Shown here: positions 61,801 to 64,000 of the stretch, in pieces
Layout of the letters: each line of letters starts with the position of its first letter
Numbering within the stretch: the first letter of the stretch is position 1
NCBI RefSeq assembly: GCF_963921235.1
Contig: NC_086097.1
Span: forward strand, 251,288,001 to 251,352,000
Origin: Mobula hypostoma
Taxonomy: Eukaryota
Length of the DNA: 64,000 bases
Direction: 5' to 3'
Translations under genes and position numbers: made by a program
Notes under the pieces: generated by a model
Told to the model about the DNA's origin: nothing
Database searches by the model: none
The model's input: only the letters and a program-made list of their open reading frames with translations

Positions 61801-61980
61801 CGTGTATATCACCAAACAAAACAACATCCCTCTGGACCAGGGTACACAACACAGTACATATAACTCACACACAACCGTCCCCATGTATACCACCAAACAA
61901 AACAATGTTCCTTTGGACCAGGGTGACAACACAGTACATATAACTCACACACAACCATCCCCATATATACCAGCAAACAC
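58896..61980. repeat. 80/81-bp tandem array, about 38 copies, in ESRP1 intron 7
   Basis: Unit cacacacaaccatccccatgtataccagcaaacaaaacaacatccctctggaccagggtgacaacacagtacgtataact with a few recurrent variants and no spacers. Confidence 0.97.
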
Positions 61981-62625
61981 ACACATAACAGGGAAAGCAA
62001 TATTGCCACTAGTGATTTAACAAATAATAAGATGCATTTACTGTAGAACACAAATTAAAAAGTAAACAGTATCATGCTACTGATGCATCACACATTGATG
62101 AGACCTGGGTGGTGGCAGGAAGTTCAGTAGTCTCACGTCCTGGGCGAAGAAGGTGCTTCCCATGCTAACAGTACCTCCTGCCTGATATTAGGGGGTCAAG
62201 GAGATTGTTGGATGGACGGGAGGGATCGTTGACAATGTGTGACAGCATTCCTGATAACGATCTCAGCCGGGTGGACCCGTGTCCCTAATGATCCTCTCAG
62301 CAGCAGTGGCAATCCTTGGTGGGGTCTGGCAGTCAGATGCCTTGCAATTTCCCTGCCAGATGGTGTTGTAGCTGATCCAGACACTCTCGATGGTGCCCCC
62401 ATAAAAATTGGTAAGAATGGAGGTGGGAGCCTTGCTTGCTTCAATCTCCTCAGGAAGTGCTGCTGTGCTTTCTTAACTAAAGAGGAGGTGTTGAGGGACC
62501 AGGTGAAATCATCCACTATGAGCACTCCCAAAAACTTGGTGCCCTGACTCGCTCAATGGCCGAGCCGTTTACGCGCGGTGAGAAGTGGCCAGCCTGCATC
62601 TTCCTAAAGGCCACAATCACCTCTC
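61981..62625 (-). mobile_element. Rex1/Babar-like LINE 3' fragment contiguous with the 80-bp array
   Basis: Minus strand KFLGVLIVDDFTWSLNTSSLVKKAQQ.FLRRLK. Confidence 0.75.
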
Positions 62626-63319
62626 TTTCGTCATATATAGAATAATTCTTTGATTATAAAATCTTTAAATCAAACAATTATGACTACTGACTGCTTTGCC
62701 CTTAACTGTGATGAGGTGATTTACTATAGAAAATAATCACATTCGAATTGAGATACAAATCTGTTTTGCATTGTATGATTTTGCAATTTTTTTGCTAATT
62801 GCATGGCCGTTACAATTCAGGGAATGCTCAAACAATTCGGTAAGTTGAGTGACAGTAAATTCTATGACTGCAAATTCTGTACACAAATAGTTTTCAATAG
62901 AACCTGCTAGATATTGGTTTTTAGAAACTTACAATGTAGATTTAAACCTTCATGCCTTTACCATCCCTTATTGTTCTACACCCATTATATCACCAACATT
63001 CTGTATACTCCTTATTCCACAGGTTGTGCATTTAATTCTAGAATTAAAGAAAAACTCCTCTCTGAAACAGTTGTTAATGGACCTTAATCGAATTTGATGT
63101 CATTGAACTATTTGCCAAAATCTTCACCTTGATACTCTCTTATATAAGCTAAAATTCAAACTTAATGTAAATTTGTCAGATCTGCAAACTTTATGAGAAT
63201 TTCTGATCAGTAACTAAATAATTAAATTATTACACCTGTCTCAGTGTGGACACTTTACCCAGTTGTTCTGGGTATTTCCTTTCAATTAATTACTTTATAT
63301 TCTCCACATAAATTATAAC

Positions 63320-63661
63320 CCATGGAACATGGACCAGTACAACACAGCGCAGGGATTTCAGCTCAAGACGTTGTGCTGATCTCTTATCCGACTCTAAGAT
63401 CAATCTAATCCCTTCCCTCTCACATAACCCTCAATGTTCCTGTCATCCATGTGCCTATCTAAGAGTCTCTTAAATATCCTTCGTGCACCTGCCTCTACCA
63501 CCACCCCTGGCAGGGTGTTACACGCACAAGCCTCTCTGTGTGTAAAACAAGAGACCTCGGACATCTCCCCTATATTTTCCTCCGTCACCATAAAATTACG
63601 CTCTCTCACATTAGCCACTTCGACCCTGGGGAAAAGTCTCTGACGACCCACTCTACCTGTG
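63320..63661 (-). mobile_element. CR1 3' fragment
   Basis: LFPRVE...FKRLLDRHMD on the minus strand. Confidence 0.7.
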
Positions 63662-64000
63662 CCAAGTCAAGTCAAGTCAAGTCAAGTCACTTTTTATTGT
63701 CATTTCGACCATAACTGCTGGCACAGTACACAGTAAAAACGAGACAATGTTTTTCAGGACCATGGTTCGACATGAAACAATGCAAAATCTACACTGAACT
63801 ACGTAAAACAACACTAAACTACACTAGACTACAGACCTACCCAGGACTGCATAAAGTGCACAAAACAGTGCCGGCATTACAATAAATAAACAAGACAATA
63901 TTCACAGTAGAGGGCAGTAGGTTGGTGTCACTCCAGGCTCTGGGTATTGAGGAGTGTAATGCCTTGGGGGAAGAAACTGTTACATAGTCTGGTCGTGAGA
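63662..64000 (-). mobile_element. Rex-like LINE 3' end with (caagt)n tail
   Basis: Reverse complement of 48895-49022 plus 49660-49855. Confidence 0.8.

Noticed and set aside
58896..61980. CRISPR-like array or repeat-protein gene (many overlapping ORFs)
   Set aside because: Units are contiguous with no unique spacers, there are no cas genes and the context is a vertebrate intron; the ORFs are frame-cycling artefacts of an 80-bp unit.
57534..64000. ESRP1 exon 8 (GGAALCLN.QGRRNGEA)
   Set aside because: No such coding sequence found; it presumably lies beyond the window.

Overview
Eukaryotic, TE-dense vertebrate DNA. The repeat families (CR1/HER1-like, Rex1/Babar-like, Penelope, L1, HE1-like SINEs) suggest a cartilaginous fish, probably a ray; this is an inference. 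The only host gene is the 5' part of ESRP1 (epithelial splicing regulatory protein 1) on the + strand. Seven coding exons at 21073-57533 total 749 nt (about 249 aa) and encode the N-terminal DnaQ-like domain and the start of RRM1. They splice in frame, and the gene continues past the window end. Intron 4 (39834-54172, 14.3 kb) is a U12-type minor-spliceosome intron (GTATCCTTT ... TTCCTTGAT ... AG), with a hairpin and a consensus U2 donor just downstream of its 5' site. Most of the remainder is nested retrotransposon debris: a decayed near-full-length L1, several CR1s (nested up to three levels), Rex1/Babar-like LINEs, Penelope elements and pLTRs with minimal hammerhead-ribozyme motifs (one intact, inside a fold-back insertion with a 15-bp TSD), an R4/Dong-like fragment in TAA repeats, two solo LTRs, SINEs and a hAT MITE. 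There is also a decayed tRNA-Asp and two TE-born tandem arrays (53 bp and 80 bp). I found no prokaryotic-type or clearly novel coding system; nearly all ORF-track entries are TE fragments or repeat artefacts.
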